Positions 63,350-64,000 of a stretch of 64,000 nt of DNA are shown here, in pieces. The first letter of the stretch is position 1. Each line of letters begins with the position of its first letter. The position numbers and the translations under genes are program-made. The DNA comes from Cycas panzhihuaensis (taxonomy: Eukaryota; Plantae; Cycadophyta), in NCBI GenBank assembly GCA_023213395.1, contig CM041465.1:205537741-205601740 (forward strand). The letters run 5' to 3'. The notes under the pieces were generated by a model, which did not search any database, was not told where the DNA came from, and saw nothing but the letters and a program-made list of their open reading frames with translations.

Positions 63350-64000
63350 ATGGCACTCATGCCAGGGACAACCTTCTGTACCTTAATTCCATTATAACTG
63401 GCTCTAATTATGCCAACTAGAAAACTTACATATCTCACCACCTAAAATAATAAAAGCTATGGCGATATGTTCCAGGAGAATTTTTTAAACCAACAGATGA
63501 AAAATCAGATACCTACATGGTATATCTGATGAATTGTGATTGAGCCTTAGGTACCAACCTAACTTCTCTCTCCCCAGATATTAGTAAGCACTTCTCTAAC
63601 ATAGATGATTTAGCCATAATCTGGAACTCACTTAAGGAAAAGTACGACAAGGTTGACCAAAAAAATTTAGCTATTTTAGAACAATAAATATATGATTTGA
63701 ATTATAAAGACTTTTCTAAAGTTGAAGACTTCTTATTGAAACTTATCAATAAAGACTTAGACAATTGCATAAGGTCTTCCATAAAAATATGCGATAAAAT
63801 TGTCATTATAACACATATAAAATATGATGATACACTTGTTTATCTTGTAATTAATAATCTCTAAAAATATTTCAACCTTTTCAAAGCTACTAGACAATAA
63901 GTAGGACATCCACTAATAACTTTTAATCAATTAATAAATTAACTAGTTGAACATCAAACAATGTTGATTTAGATTAGAAAATTTCAAGATCCTTCACAGG
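63350..64000 (+). pseudogene. copia gag N-terminal region, disrupted
   Basis: GSNYAN*K, KLWRYV and IWNSLKEKY motifs with multiple stops. Confidence 0.78.

Larger units (their letters stand above)
57400..64000 (+). mobile_element. Ty1/copia element M, 5' part (LTR, PBS, long leader, gag); runs off the window end
   Basis: LTR ends TTAACA at 58096, followed by a perfect PBS. gag remnant ITGSNYAN*K..KLWRYV from ~63350. LTR start is approximate. Confidence 0.82.

Overview
AT-rich plant heterochromatin made almost entirely of nested, decayed transposable elements. A gymnosperm-like source is plausible from the element families, but that is inference. I found no host gene, RNA gene or CRISPR array. 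About 15 insertions can be resolved from LTR pairs, tRNA-iMet primer-binding sites (PBS; TGGTATCAGAGC-like), polypurine tracts (PPT) and target-site duplications (TSD). They comprise two L1 LINEs (one 5'-truncated with a perfect 16-bp TSD and poly(A) tail), eight Ty1/copia elements or deletion derivatives, two full-length CRM-type chromoviral Ty3/gypsy elements, a further decayed gypsy, a gag+protease-only gypsy derivative, two copies of a small LTR element carrying an unidentified reading frame, and a hAT transposase remnant. They form several stacks up to four levels deep. Every coding region is pseudogenised, mostly by C>T/G>A transitions that create stops. Most worth follow-up: (1) the small pol-less LTR family with a conserved non-gag/pol frame, which shares LTRs with an adjacent pol-bearing gypsy; (2) a higher-order 66/47-bp repeat array just downstream of a copia PBS; (3) a spaced ~75-bp module recurring in the long 5' leaders of unrelated copia elements; (4) the RIP-like deamination pattern; (5) two insertions landing on the TATA-like motif of host 5' LTRs. 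Coordinates and translations were read by eye; ends without a TSD are approximate.
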